Part shown: piece after piece, positions 38,912 to 47,899 of the stretch
How positions within the stretch are numbered: position 1 is the first letter of the stretch
Layout: the number at the start of each line of letters is the position of its first letter
Assembly (NCBI GenBank): GCA_965203515.1
Contig: OZ241907.1
Location: forward strand, 384,001 to 448,000
DNA from: Spirochaetia bacterium
GTDB lineage: Bacteria > Spirochaetota > Spirochaetia > SZUA-6 > Bin103
Length of the DNA: 64,000 nucleotides
Direction of reading: 5' to 3'
Notes under the pieces: generated by a model
Told to the model about the DNA's origin: nothing
Databases searched by the model: none
Seen by the model: only the letters and a program-made list of their open reading frames with translations
Position numbers and translations under genes: made by a program

Positions 38912-40582
38912 ATGGCTGACGAGATGAATCAGATGGAGTTCGAGCGACTCGGAATCGGCAGCGTTCTGCGAAGGTCGCGTCTCTTCGTTCCGCCCAACCA
39001 GCGGGAATACGCATGGACCGAGCGCGAGGTGTCGACGCTCTTCCGGGACTATGGACGAGCGGTCGAAGACGGGTCCCCATATTTTCTTGGCACCATCGTT
39101 ACCATATCGAGACCGGATGGCATGCTCGAAGTGGTGGACGGGCAACAGCGTCTTGCCACTACGTCGCTTCTCCTTGCCGCCATCCGGGATCATCTGGACG
39201 ACGACATGATCTCCGAGTCGATCAACAGCGACTTCCTCATCAGTATAGATTGGGCAAAGCGGGTGCGAGTCCCCAAGCTGCGGTTGAACGTCGACGACAA
39301 CGAGCTGTTCGAGCGCATCATCACCGGGTCCCCGTCCGGCGCGGCTCCGAAGACCAGGGAATCGCATGCGCGTCTGCGAACCGCGTACCGGATCGCCAGC
39401 GAGCACGTGAGAAAGATCGCGAAGCCGTGGGACCCGTGGGACCACCGCAACATCTTCAGCGATTGGGTTTCGTTCGTCGATCAGCGTGCCTTTGTCGTTC
39501 TCATCCGCATGTCGAACGACGCGCACGCGTACCGCATGTTCGAGACGCTCAACGACAGAGGCTTGCGCACTTCTCAAGCTGATCTGATAAAGAACTTTCT
39601 GTTCAGTCGGTCGGTCGACCGGGTGCAGGAGATACGGCACCGATGGCATCACATGCGGGGCGCGCTCGAGACGCTGGGCGATGACGACGTCACGGTGGAG
39701 TTCTTGCGCGCGGCGGTCATCGTGACTCGCGGCCACACCAGGGAATCGCAAGTCTACGAATCGGTTCAGAACATCGCCAAGACCGAAAACATGGCGCTGG
39801 GATTCGCATCTACGATAGAACGTCTGGCTCACGCGTACGTGGCGACGTTCATCAGTTCGCATGAGAGATGGAATGGGTGTCCGCAGGGTGTCAGGAACGC
39901 GATAGACGTGCTCGATCTGCTGGACGTACGGGCCATGCGTCCGCTGCTGCTTGCCGCGGCCGGCAGGTTCTCTCGCAAGGAATTGGCGGCCGCCTTTCGA
40001 TTTGCCGTCGCTTTGAGCGTTCGGCTTGTCGTTACCGTTGCCCCGCAGGGCGCGTCGGTTGAGATGCCGCTGGCGCAAGTTGCGAACCTTGTCTACAGAC
40101 GGGAGATCGAGACCACCGATTCCTTGAAAAGAGAGCTGAACGGCATCATACCGTCGGACGAAGAATTCCGGGCGGCCTTCGAGACCGCCCGAGTGCCGAG
40201 GGCGGGCTTGGCGCGGTACTACCTCCGGTCGTTGGAGCGGGCGGCGAACGAGGAGTCCGAGCCGTGGTACTTGCCCAACGAAGACTCGTCGATCATCAAC
40301 CTGGAGCATGTCCTCCCCAAGAAGCCGGAAGACAAGTGGCCACAGTTCAGCGACGACGAAGCGGCGATGTACGTCGATCGCCTCGGCAATCAGGTGTTGC
40401 TGCGAGCGAGCGAGAACGCGGCGGTGGGAAACGCCGGATTCGCGGACAAGCGGCCCCTCTACGAGGAGTCGCCGTACCGGTTGACGAAGATGATCGCGGA
40501 GGCGGCGGACTGGACCCCGGAGCAGGTGATCGCGCGGCAGAAGCGGCTTGCCGAGCTGGCGCTCACCGCGTGGCCGATCTAG
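38912..40582 (+). CDS. GmrSD-like DUF262/DUF1524 type IV restriction endonuclease
   Basis: VPPNQREYAW, VVDGQQRL, FETLNDRG and C-terminal HNH-like LEHVLP...LGNQVLL..SEN. Confidence 0.88.
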   Translation: MADEMNQMEFERLGIGSVLRRSRLFVPPNQREYAWTEREVSTLFRDYGRAVEDGSPYFLGTIVTISRPDGMLEVVDGQQRLATTSLLLAAIRDHLDDDMISESINSDFLISIDWAKRVRVPKLRLNVDDNELFERIITGSPSGAAPKTRESHARLRTAYRIASEHVRKIAKPWDPWDHRNIFSDWVSFVDQRAFVVLIRMSNDAHAYRMFETLNDRGLRTSQADLIKNFLFSRSVDRVQEIRHRWHHMRGALETLGDDDVTVEFLRAAVIVTRGHTRESQVYESVQNIAKTENMALGFASTIERLAHAYVATFISSHERWNGCPQGVRNAIDVLDLLDVRAMRPLLLAAAGRFSRKELAAAFRFAVALSVRLVVTVAPQGASVEMPLAQVANLVYRREIETTDSLKRELNGIIPSDEEFRAAFETARVPRAGLARYYLRSLERAANEESEPWYLPNEDSSIINLEHVLPKKPEDKWPQFSDDEAAMYVDRLGNQVLLRASENAAVGNAGFADKRPLYEESPYRLTKMIAEAADWTPEQVIARQKRLAELALTAWPI

Positions 40583-40584
40583 CC

Positions 40585-40983
40585 TTACCGCGTGATCAGA
40601 TCTACCTGCGCCAAAAATTCGTCGGCGGTGCGGCATTGCACCAGCCGGTCACCGATATCGGCCAGTTGATCCGGGTCCGCGATGGTGGCCAGCAGAGCCG
40701 CCAAACGCTCCCGTGTCTCCGCCCCGAACCGCAACGCTGCCATACGGCAGAGCAGCGCTCGTTCGTGTTCGAGGCCCTGCTCAAGGCCCTGCTCAAGGCC
40801 CTGCTCAAGGCCCTGCTCAATACCCTGCTCAATACCCTGCTCAATACCCTGCTCAAGGCCCTGCTCAATACCCTGCTCAATACCCTGCTCAATACCCTGC
40901 TCAATACCCTGCTCGATACCCTGCTCACGGCCTTCCCGCATCCACTGCGCGGGCCACTCCTTCAAGCGTTCTTGCAGCGTCAT
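40585..40983 (-). CDS. Putative intragenic small Rpn antitoxin (in-frame internal start)
   Basis: GGAGGAGG SD inside rpn followed by tacgg-ATG (MTLQERL...), giving 132 aa that include the repeat tract. Confidence 0.55.
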   Translation of the reverse strand: MTLQERLKEWPAQWMREGREQGIEQGIEQGIEQGIEQGIEQGLEQGIEQGIEQGIEQGLEQGLEQGLEQGLEHERALLCRMAALRFGAETRERLAALLATIADPDQLADIGDRLVQCRTADEFLAQVDLITR

Positions 40984-41712
40984 CCGTACCTCCTCCAGAC
41001 TGTCCATCGCCGGCAGCTCCTCACCGGCCGGCTTGACCTGCTCCATCGAACTCGTCAGCCAGTCGATGAACACCCGTCGCAGCTCGACGTTCTCCGACCC
41101 CTCCAGCCGTTCCGGCAGCGCGTTTGCTACCCGCATCAGGTCCGCCGGCGTGCGGCTCTGCTCCAACCCGATCACCGCCCCCATCAGATTGCCGCTCGGC
41201 ACCGCGTCCGCCGCTACGTGCTGCTCCTCGATCACCAGGTAACGCTGCGCTGGTTGGTACGGCGCCAGATCCTCCTCGACCGGATCGATCAGTTCGCCGA
41301 TCTCCTGCGGCGCCCGCCACCGCGGCGTGCCGTTGTAGAGCACGATGGGCAGCACCGCCGGCAGCGCCTCGCGCGCCTCCGGCGCCGCGTTGCGCACCAG
41401 TTCCTGGTACAGCAGGCCGGTGTAGATCAGAATGCGCAGCGCCATGTAGTAATCGTCGCGCGACTGGAACTCCAGGAGCAACAGCAGGTAGGCCCAACCG
41501 CTGGGCACGCGCAGCCGCCACACGGTGTCGCCGTGGCGTTTGAGCAGCTCGTCGCTGACGTAATCTGACGACAGCTTCTGCAGCGTCGAGAAGTCGGCGG
41601 CGCCGAGTTGACTGACGAAGGCGCGTACCAAGTCCTCGACCATGAGCGGGAAGGCGAACAGCTTCTTGTACTGCTCATCGTACCTGGGGCGCGCCTCGTG
41701 TGCCGATCCCAT
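40585..41712 (-). CDS. rpn: Rpn/YhgA-like PD-(D/E)xK recombination-promoting nuclease (putative transposase)
   Basis: YD..YKKLF, RHGDTVWRL, LLEFQS..D..MALR and LP.VLPIVLYNG..W, with EQG repeats. Start at ATG 41712, 7 nt after TGc-TACGAT; the ORF track gives 41721. Confidence 0.88.
   Translation of the reverse strand: MGSAHEARPRYDEQYKKLFAFPLMVEDLVRAFVSQLGAADFSTLQKLSSDYVSDELLKRHGDTVWRLRVPSGWAYLLLLLEFQSRDDYYMALRILIYTGLLYQELVRNAAPEAREALPAVLPIVLYNGTPRWRAPQEIGELIDPVEEDLAPYQPAQRYLVIEEQHVAADAVPSGNLMGAVIGLEQSRTPADLMRVANALPERLEGSENVELRRVFIDWLTSSMEQVKPAGEELPAMDSLEEVRMTLQERLKEWPAQWMREGREQGIEQGIEQGIEQGIEQGIEQGLEQGIEQGIEQGIEQGLEQGLEQGLEQGLEHERALLCRMAALRFGAETRERLAALLATIADPDQLADIGDRLVQCRTADEFLAQVDLITR
40771..40926 (-). 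repeat. 12-bp tandem repeat x13 encoding EQG(I/L)
   Basis: Plus-strand units (aata/aagg)ccctgctc; 156 bp in total. Confidence 0.95.
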
Positions 41713-41834
41713 CCTCGGCATCGTAGCACAGGGACTGCCCCCGGTCCCTGGCGCTCCCGGCGGTTGCTGTTTGCCGTCACGCTCTCAGGGTGAGCGGACC
41801 GGCGGGCGGTATGGCATTATCTTGGCGCGGACGC

Positions 41835-44800
41835 ATGAGCACGATAGCTGACATCTTCGATCTACCGGAACGGGTCCACCAGGGGGACTTCGTGCTGCGG
41901 CTGGCCGAGGGGGTGGAGCGCGCCGAGCAGACGCTGCGCGATTACGTGGTGACCCCGCAGCTCGCGCAGTGCTTCGACGCCGCGCTGACGCTGATCGGCA
42001 GCGCGGTGGAGGAGCGCGCCAGCAAGGGCGCCTACCTGCACGGCAGCTTCGGCAGCGGCAAGAGCCACTTCATGGCGGTGCTGACGCTGCTGCTGCAGGG
42101 CGATCCGGGGGCGCGCTCCATACGCGAGCTGGCCGGCGCCGTGACCCGCGCCAACGCCTGGACCGCGGACCGCCGGTTCCTGGTGGTGCCGTACCACCTG
42201 ATCGGCGCGGCCAGCATGGAGGCGGCGCTGCTCGGCCACTACGCCGAACACGTGCGCGCGCTCTACCCGGACGCGCCGACCCCCGGCTTCTACCAGGCCG
42301 AACGCGTGTTCGCGGACGCCCGCCGCCTGCGCGCGAACATGGGCGACGCGGCGTTCTTCAAGGCGCTGAACGACGCGGTGCGGAGCGGTGCGGGGGACGC
42401 CGGCGGCGGCTGGGGCGCGCTGGGCAGCGGCTGGGACACTACCGGCTTCGATACCGCGCTGGCCGCGGCCCCCGGCGATCCCGAGCGGGTGCGGCTGACC
42501 GGCGACCTGATCGACGCCTTCTTCGGGGCGATGCGGGCGTCCGGCGGCAGCGGCGGCGAGCGCTTCGCCGACCTGGACGAGGGCTTGGCGGTGATGGCGC
42601 AGCACGCGCAGGCGCTCGGCTACGACGCCCTGATCCTGTTCCTGGACGAACTGATCCTGTGGCTGGCCAGCCACGCCGCCGACCCGTCCTTCGTCAGCCG
42701 CGAAGGGCAGAAGGTCGCCAAGCTGGTCGAGTCGGCGCGCGCCGACCGGCCGATCCCGATCGTCAGCTTCATCGCCCGGCAGCGCGACCTGCGCGAGCTG
42801 GTGGGCGAGCATCTGCCGGGCGCCGAGCAGCTCGGCTTCGCCGACGTGCTCAACTGGTGGGAAGCGCGGTTCGATCGGATCACGCTGGAAGACCGCAACC
42901 TGCCGGCCATCGCCGAGCGCCGCGTGCTGCGCCCGAAGAACGATGCGGCGCGCGCCGAGCTCGATGCGGCCTTCGAACGGACCGCCCGCGTGCGCGAGGA
43001 AGTCCTCAACGTACTGCTCACGCGCGCCGGCGACCGCGCCATGTTCCGGCAGCTCTTTCCCTTCACGCCCGCGCTGGTGCAGGCGTTGATCGCCGTGTCG
43101 TCGCTGCTGCAGCGCGAGCGCACGGCGCTCAAGATCATGCTGCAGCTCCTGGTGGAGCAGGGCAGCCGGCTGCAGCTCGGCGACGTCATCCCGGTGGGCG
43201 ACCTGTTCGACGTCATCGCGCGCGGCGACGAGCCGTTCACGCAGGCTATGCGGGTGCGCTTCGACGACGCCCTGAAGCTGTACCGCACCAGGCTCCGGCC
43301 GCTGTTGGAGGCCGAGCACGGCGTTGCCGCCGCAGAGGTGGAGGCGGGGACCGCCGCGGCCGCGGCGGCGGCGCGGTTCCGTACCGACGACCGGTTGCTG
43401 AAGACGCTGCTGCTGGCGGCCATCGCCGAAGGGGTGGAAGCGTTGCGGGCGCTCACGCCGGCGCGCCTGGCGGCGCTCAACCACGGCACGGTGCGCTCGC
43501 CGATCCCGGGCCTGGAGAATCAGATCGTGCTGGACAAGTGCCGGCAGTGGGCGGCGCAGGTGGGCGAGATCAAGATCGCCGACGACAGCGCCAGTCCGGT
43601 CATCTCCTTGCAGATCGTCGGCGTGGATACCGAAAGCATCCTGCAGAATGCAGCCGCCCTCGACAACGCCGGCAACCGCATCAGCACGGTGCGCCGGATC
43701 ATCTGCGAAGACCTGGGGATCGAGGCGGGTGAGCTGCACGACCGCTACGAGCTGACGTGGCGCGGCACGCGGCGTACCTGCGCGATCCTGTTCCGCAACG
43801 TCCGGGAGATGAAGGTCCCGGAGTTGCGCAACGATCCCGGCTCGTGGCACGTCGTGATCGACTGGCCGTTCGACGAACCGCAGCACACGCCGCTCGACGA
43901 CCGCGCGCAGCTCCAGAACTTCGCCGAAAAGGAGGAGCCGGCGGATACCCTGGTCTGGCTGCCGTCGTTCCTCACCTCCGCCGCGCAGCGCGATCTGGGC
44001 CGGCTGGTGCTGCTCGACGGGGTGCTCACCGGCAACCGCCTCAACGAACACGGCGCGCACCTGTCGCAGACCGACCGCGAGCAGGCGCGCGCGTTGCTCG
44101 CCAATCAACGCGATCAGATGCGGGTGCGCATCCGCAACTACCTGCTCGCCGCCTACGGCATCTCCGGGGTCGATACCGGCGCCATCGACCACAGCCATGA
44201 GCTCGGCGAGCACTTCGTGTCCCTGAATCCTCGGTGTCAGGTGCGCCCGCCGGTGGCGGCGCGGTTCCGCGGCGCGCTGGAGGATCTCTTCAGCCAGGCG
44301 CTCGCGGCGCAGTATCCCGACCATCCCGAATTCGGCATCGAAGTGAGGCGACCGGCTTTGCGGCGGGTGCTGGAAGTGGTGGAGCAGGCCGCGGCAGACC
44401 CGGAGGAGCGGGTCGAGGTGCCGCGCCCCGTCCGCGATGAGATGCGCGGCATCGCGGTACCGCTGGGGCTTGGCGATATGGGAGAGACGCATTTCAAGCT
44501 CGGGCGGCGCTGGTTCGACGAACTGAACCGCAAGCATGCCCGGCACGGCGGCGGACCCATGACCGTCGGTATGGTGCGCGGCTGGATCGAGGCGCCCGAG
44601 CGGCGCGGGCTGCCGCGCGACGTGCAGAACCTGGTGATCGCGGCGTTCGCGGCGCAGGGCGGCTTCCTCGTTACCCACCGCGGCCGGCCGTTGGCCGCGG
44701 CCGTCGACAAGCTCGACGACGCCTGCGAGCTGCGGGAGCAGGAGCTGCCGGCTGCCGAGGAATACGAACGGGCTGCGCAGCGTGCCAAGGAGGTGTTCGG

Positions 44801-45536
44801 CTACGCGGCGTTGCCGCTGCCGGCCGCCCGCAGCGTGAACGAGTTGGCGCAGGAGGTGCGCGCCGCCGCGGACCGATGCCGGGCGCCGGTCGACGAGCTG
44901 GCGGCGGCCCTCCGGCAGCGGCTGCAGGAGCGTTCGCTGCCGGTGGCCGACAGCGAACGCCTGCGGACGGTGGAAGCCGCGCTCGCGCTGCTCTCGGCCC
45001 TGGAGAGCGCCGGCGACAACGCGGTCGTGGCGGCGCTGGCGCAGGCCGAGGTGCCGACCAGCGCCGTCGCCATGCGGGCGGTGGTCGAGGGCGCCGGCGG
45101 GCTCGTCTCCGTGCTGGCGGACCGCTGGAAGGTGTTCCCCCAATTGGCGGTCCTGGCCGCGCCGTACCGGCAGCGGGCTGAGGAGATCGACGCGGAACTG
45201 AACGACGCCCTGCGGCGCGACGAGCACGTCACGCCGCTGGCGGCCACCGTGGAGCGGTGCCAGGACCGGGCGCTGGATCTTCTCGCCGAAGCTGCCGGGG
45301 CCGCGGGCGCCGACTCCCCCCGCGCCGCCGGCGACCCCCCGATTGCGCCGCCGGTCCCGCCCGTGCCGGTCGTGCCGGTCGCGCGGGCCGCGCGGAGCGG
45401 CACCAGGGACGTGACGGCCGGTGAGGTTACGGCCGTGCTCGCGGAGATAAAGGCCGCGATACGGGAGACCGGCGCGACCCGGGTGACGGTCGACTGGAAG
45501 GTCTACTCCGGCGACGGGGACGGCGGCGCGGGGTGA
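41835..45536 (+). CDS. pglY: BREX type 2 ATPase PglY
   Basis: IFDLPERVHQGDFVLRL, Walker A YLHGSFGSGKSHFM, Walker B LILFLDELILWLA and SFIARQRDL. Confidence 0.92.
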   Translation: MSTIADIFDLPERVHQGDFVLRLAEGVERAEQTLRDYVVTPQLAQCFDAALTLIGSAVEERASKGAYLHGSFGSGKSHFMAVLTLLLQGDPGARSIRELAGAVTRANAWTADRRFLVVPYHLIGAASMEAALLGHYAEHVRALYPDAPTPGFYQAERVFADARRLRANMGDAAFFKALNDAVRSGAGDAGGGWGALGSGWDTTGFDTALAAAPGDPERVRLTGDLIDAFFGAMRASGGSGGERFADLDEGLAVMAQHAQALGYDALILFLDELILWLASHAADPSFVSREGQKVAKLVESARADRPIPIVSFIARQRDLRELVGEHLPGAEQLGFADVLNWWEARFDRITLEDRNLPAIAERRVLRPKNDAARAELDAAFERTARVREEVLNVLLTRAGDRAMFRQLFPFTPALVQALIAVSSLLQRERTALKIMLQLLVEQGSRLQLGDVIPVGDLFDVIARGDEPFTQAMRVRFDDALKLYRTRLRPLLEAEHGVAAAEVEAGTAAAAAAARFRTDDRLLKTLLLAAIAEGVEALRALTPARLAALNHGTVRSPIPGLENQIVLDKCRQWAAQVGEIKIADDSASPVISLQIVGVDTESILQNAAALDNAGNRISTVRRIICEDLGIEAGELHDRYELTWRGTRRTCAILFRNVREMKVPELRNDPGSWHVVIDWPFDEPQHTPLDDRAQLQNFAEKEEPADTLVWLPSFLTSAAQRDLGRLVLLDGVLTGNRLNEHGAHLSQTDREQARALLANQRDQMRVRIRNYLLAAYGISGVDTGAIDHSHELGEHFVSLNPRCQVRPPVAARFRGALEDLFSQALAAQYPDHPEFGIEVRRPALRRVLEVVEQAAADPEERVEVPRPVRDEMRGIAVPLGLGDMGETHFKLGRRWFDELNRKHARHGGGPMTVGMVRGWIEAPERRGLPRDVQNLVIAAFAAQGGFLVTHRGRPLAAAVDKLDDACELREQELPAAEEYERAAQRAKEVFGYAALPLPAARSVNELAQEVRAAADRCRAPVDELAAALRQRLQERSLPVADSERLRTVEAALALLSALESAGDNAVVAALAQAEVPTSAVAMRAVVEGAGGLVSVLADRWKVFPQLAVLAAPYRQRAEEIDAELNDALRRDEHVTPLAATVERCQDRALDLLAEAAGAAGADSPRAAGDPPIAPPVPPVPVVPVARAARSGTRDVTAGEVTAVLAEIKAAIRETGATRVTVDWKVYSGDGDGGAG

Positions 45537-47890
45537 GCCTCACGCCCGAACAACTGACCCTGCAGGTCAAGCAGCTCTGCGAACGGCGGCCCGACACGCG
45601 GGTGGTCGGCATTCACGCGCCGCACTGGCGCGGCGGCGCTTCGATCTCCACCGGCCACGCCGCGTTCCGCGTCTCCTGGTGCGAGTCCGCGCTGGCGGTG
45701 AGCGAGCAGCTTGCCGCGCTGGGCGACGGCGAACGGCTGGTGGTGCTGACCCCGCTCGATGAGACCGACCTGGGCGCCGACGTGCTGGCGCGCCTGGCGC
45801 GGCGCCGGCTGATCCACCCGGACCGGTGGCAGATGGTGCGCGACGCGTATGGCGTGATTGAGGTCGACCCGCGGCTGCCGGCGGAGGCCTGGATGGCCGA
45901 GGCGCTGCTCGCGGCGACGCCGATCCGGCGCACCCTGCCGGCGAACGTGCTCGACGCCGGCGCGGCGTGGCGGCAGGTGCTGGGACACGTTCTGGGGCTC
46001 GACGAGGGGAGTCCCGATGCGGATGCCGTGGTCCGGTGGAGCGCGCAGCCGGACGCCGCGGATCGGTTCGCGGCGCTGCCGGCGCCGCTGGCGGAAGCGG
46101 TGGGGCAGCGGCTGGAACAGAGCGCCGGCGGCCTGGGCGCGCTGCTGGCCGCCGCCATCGCCGCCGGCAATGCAGGGGAGCTGTTGCCGATCGGCCTGGC
46201 CTGCGAACTGCTGTTCAGCGGGCCGGCAGAACCGGAACTGACGCGGGCAGCGGTGCGCCTGGAACCGCTGCTCGACGGAGCGGACGTCGAGCCGGCGCGC
46301 GGTCGCGAGTGGGCGGCGTGCGCCCGGCGCGTGCTGCGGTCGCTGCCGCCGGCGCAGCGCGGCGCATGGCTGGAACGCGGCGAGCGGCTGCTGGCGCAGC
46401 TCAAGGTGGAGGTATGGGCCGAACGGAGCGCGGTGCTGCCGGCCGGCCTGACGGCGCGCCTCGACCGCTTCGCCACCGCCGCCAAGGCGGCGCTGGCCGA
46501 CGCGGCCAAACTCGCGGCGGCCGAGCGCGCCTTCGACCGCGTGCGCGCGCACGACGCCTGCTCCGAACAGTTGGAGCGCGCCGAGCGGCTGGAGATGGCG
46601 ATGCGGCTGCTGAGCAGCCTCCACCGCCGAGACCGTGCGATAGATGCTGACCCATCCGTTGCCGGCTCATCGGCGGCTGCCGCCATCGCCGCCATGATGG
46701 AGGATCACGCCGCCGAGGGCGCGTTCGAGGATTGGGCCAGACGCCGGCTGCTGGGCGCGGATGAGCACGCCGGCATCGCGGCGCTGTATCGGGAGATATA
46801 CCTCGCGGTGCGCGCCCGGCGGGAGCGGCGCAATCGGTCGTTCGCCGCCGGCGTGAGCGCCTGGACGGTGGCGGGGGGCGCCGGCGCCGCGGGCGCTGAT
46901 TTTCTCCCCATCGAGCATTGCCTGGCCCGGACCGCGGCGCCGCTGGCGCAGTCGCGTCCCGTGCTGGTGCTGGTGGTCGACGCGATGGACGCCGGCATCT
47001 TCGAGGAGCTGGGGGAGCGTCTGCACGCGCTGGGCTGGCGCCGGCAGAGCGGCGCGCCGCGCACGGCGCTGGCGGTGCTGCCGTCCGTCACCCAGGCGTC
47101 GCGCATGACGCTGTTCGCGGGCGCGGTGCGGCAGGGCGGCGGCGCTCAGGAGAAGGCCGCGTTCGCCCGCCATCCCGAGCTGCTCGCAGCCTCGCAACGC
47201 GGCCGTCCGCCGCTGTTGTTCCACAAGGCCGACCTGACCGACGGCGCCGCGCTGGGACTGGCGGAGGCGGTGCGCGTTGCGCTCGGCGACGTGCGCCGGA
47301 AGGTGGTGGGAGCGGTCCTCAACGTGGTGGACGACCATCTGGCCAAGTCCGAGCAACTGCAGCTGGTCTGGCGCCGCGACCACGTGCGGCTTCTGCCCGA
47401 GCTGCTCCACGAGGCGCACGCGGCCGGCAGGATAGTGGTGCTGACCTCCGACCACGGCCACGTGCTGGAGGAGGATGGCGTCAAGCTGCCCGGCGACGTC
47501 GAGGGCCGCTGGCGCGCTGCCGACCGGCCGCCGGCCGACCTCGAAATCGAGCTCGCCGGCGAGCGCGTGCGCGCCGCCACCGGCCGCGCCCGGATCGTCG
47601 TCCCCTGGAGCGAAACCGTGCGCTACGGCCAGCGCAGGAACGGCTACCACGGCGGCCTGACCCTGCAGGAAGCGGTCGTCCCGATCGGCGTCTACGCCCC
47701 GCCGGGCGAACCTCAAGACCCTGAAGCCGGCGGACCGCCGTATCCCCACTGGTGGCGCGGGGCGGCCTCCGAGTCGGAACCGACCGCTCGACCGGCGAAC
47801 CCCGCCCCGCAACTGGACCTCTTCGATACCGTCGCTCGCTCGGAGGACGGTCCCGGAATGCCGGCGGCTACTGCGCCCGACCCCCCGTAG
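45533..47890 (+). CDS. pglZ: BREX type 2 alkaline-phosphatase-fold PglZ
   Basis: LVLVVDAM, LPSVT..SR..LF.G, N.VDDHL, TSDHGH and GYHGGLT.QE.VVP. GTG start overlaps the pglY stop. Confidence 0.9.
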   Translation: MSLTPEQLTLQVKQLCERRPDTRVVGIHAPHWRGGASISTGHAAFRVSWCESALAVSEQLAALGDGERLVVLTPLDETDLGADVLARLARRRLIHPDRWQMVRDAYGVIEVDPRLPAEAWMAEALLAATPIRRTLPANVLDAGAAWRQVLGHVLGLDEGSPDADAVVRWSAQPDAADRFAALPAPLAEAVGQRLEQSAGGLGALLAAAIAAGNAGELLPIGLACELLFSGPAEPELTRAAVRLEPLLDGADVEPARGREWAACARRVLRSLPPAQRGAWLERGERLLAQLKVEVWAERSAVLPAGLTARLDRFATAAKAALADAAKLAAAERAFDRVRAHDACSEQLERAERLEMAMRLLSSLHRRDRAIDADPSVAGSSAAAAIAAMMEDHAAEGAFEDWARRRLLGADEHAGIAALYREIYLAVRARRERRNRSFAAGVSAWTVAGGAGAAGADFLPIEHCLARTAAPLAQSRPVLVLVVDAMDAGIFEELGERLHALGWRRQSGAPRTALAVLPSVTQASRMTLFAGAVRQGGGAQEKAAFARHPELLAASQRGRPPLLFHKADLTDGAALGLAEAVRVALGDVRRKVVGAVLNVVDDHLAKSEQLQLVWRRDHVRLLPELLHEAHAAGRIVVLTSDHGHVLEEDGVKLPGDVEGRWRAADRPPADLEIELAGERVRAATGRARIVVPWSETVRYGQRRNGYHGGLTLQEAVVPIGVYAPPGEPQDPEAGGPPYPHWWRGAASESEPTARPANPAPQLDLFDTVARSEDGPGMPAATAPDPP

Positions 47891-47899
47891 CCTCGCCGG

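Noticed and set aside
40771..40926. 12-bp repeat array as a CRISPR or a separate repeat ORF
   Set aside because: There are no spacers and no cas genes. It is the in-frame EQG(I/L) tract of rpn, and the other-frame repeat ORFs are shadows.
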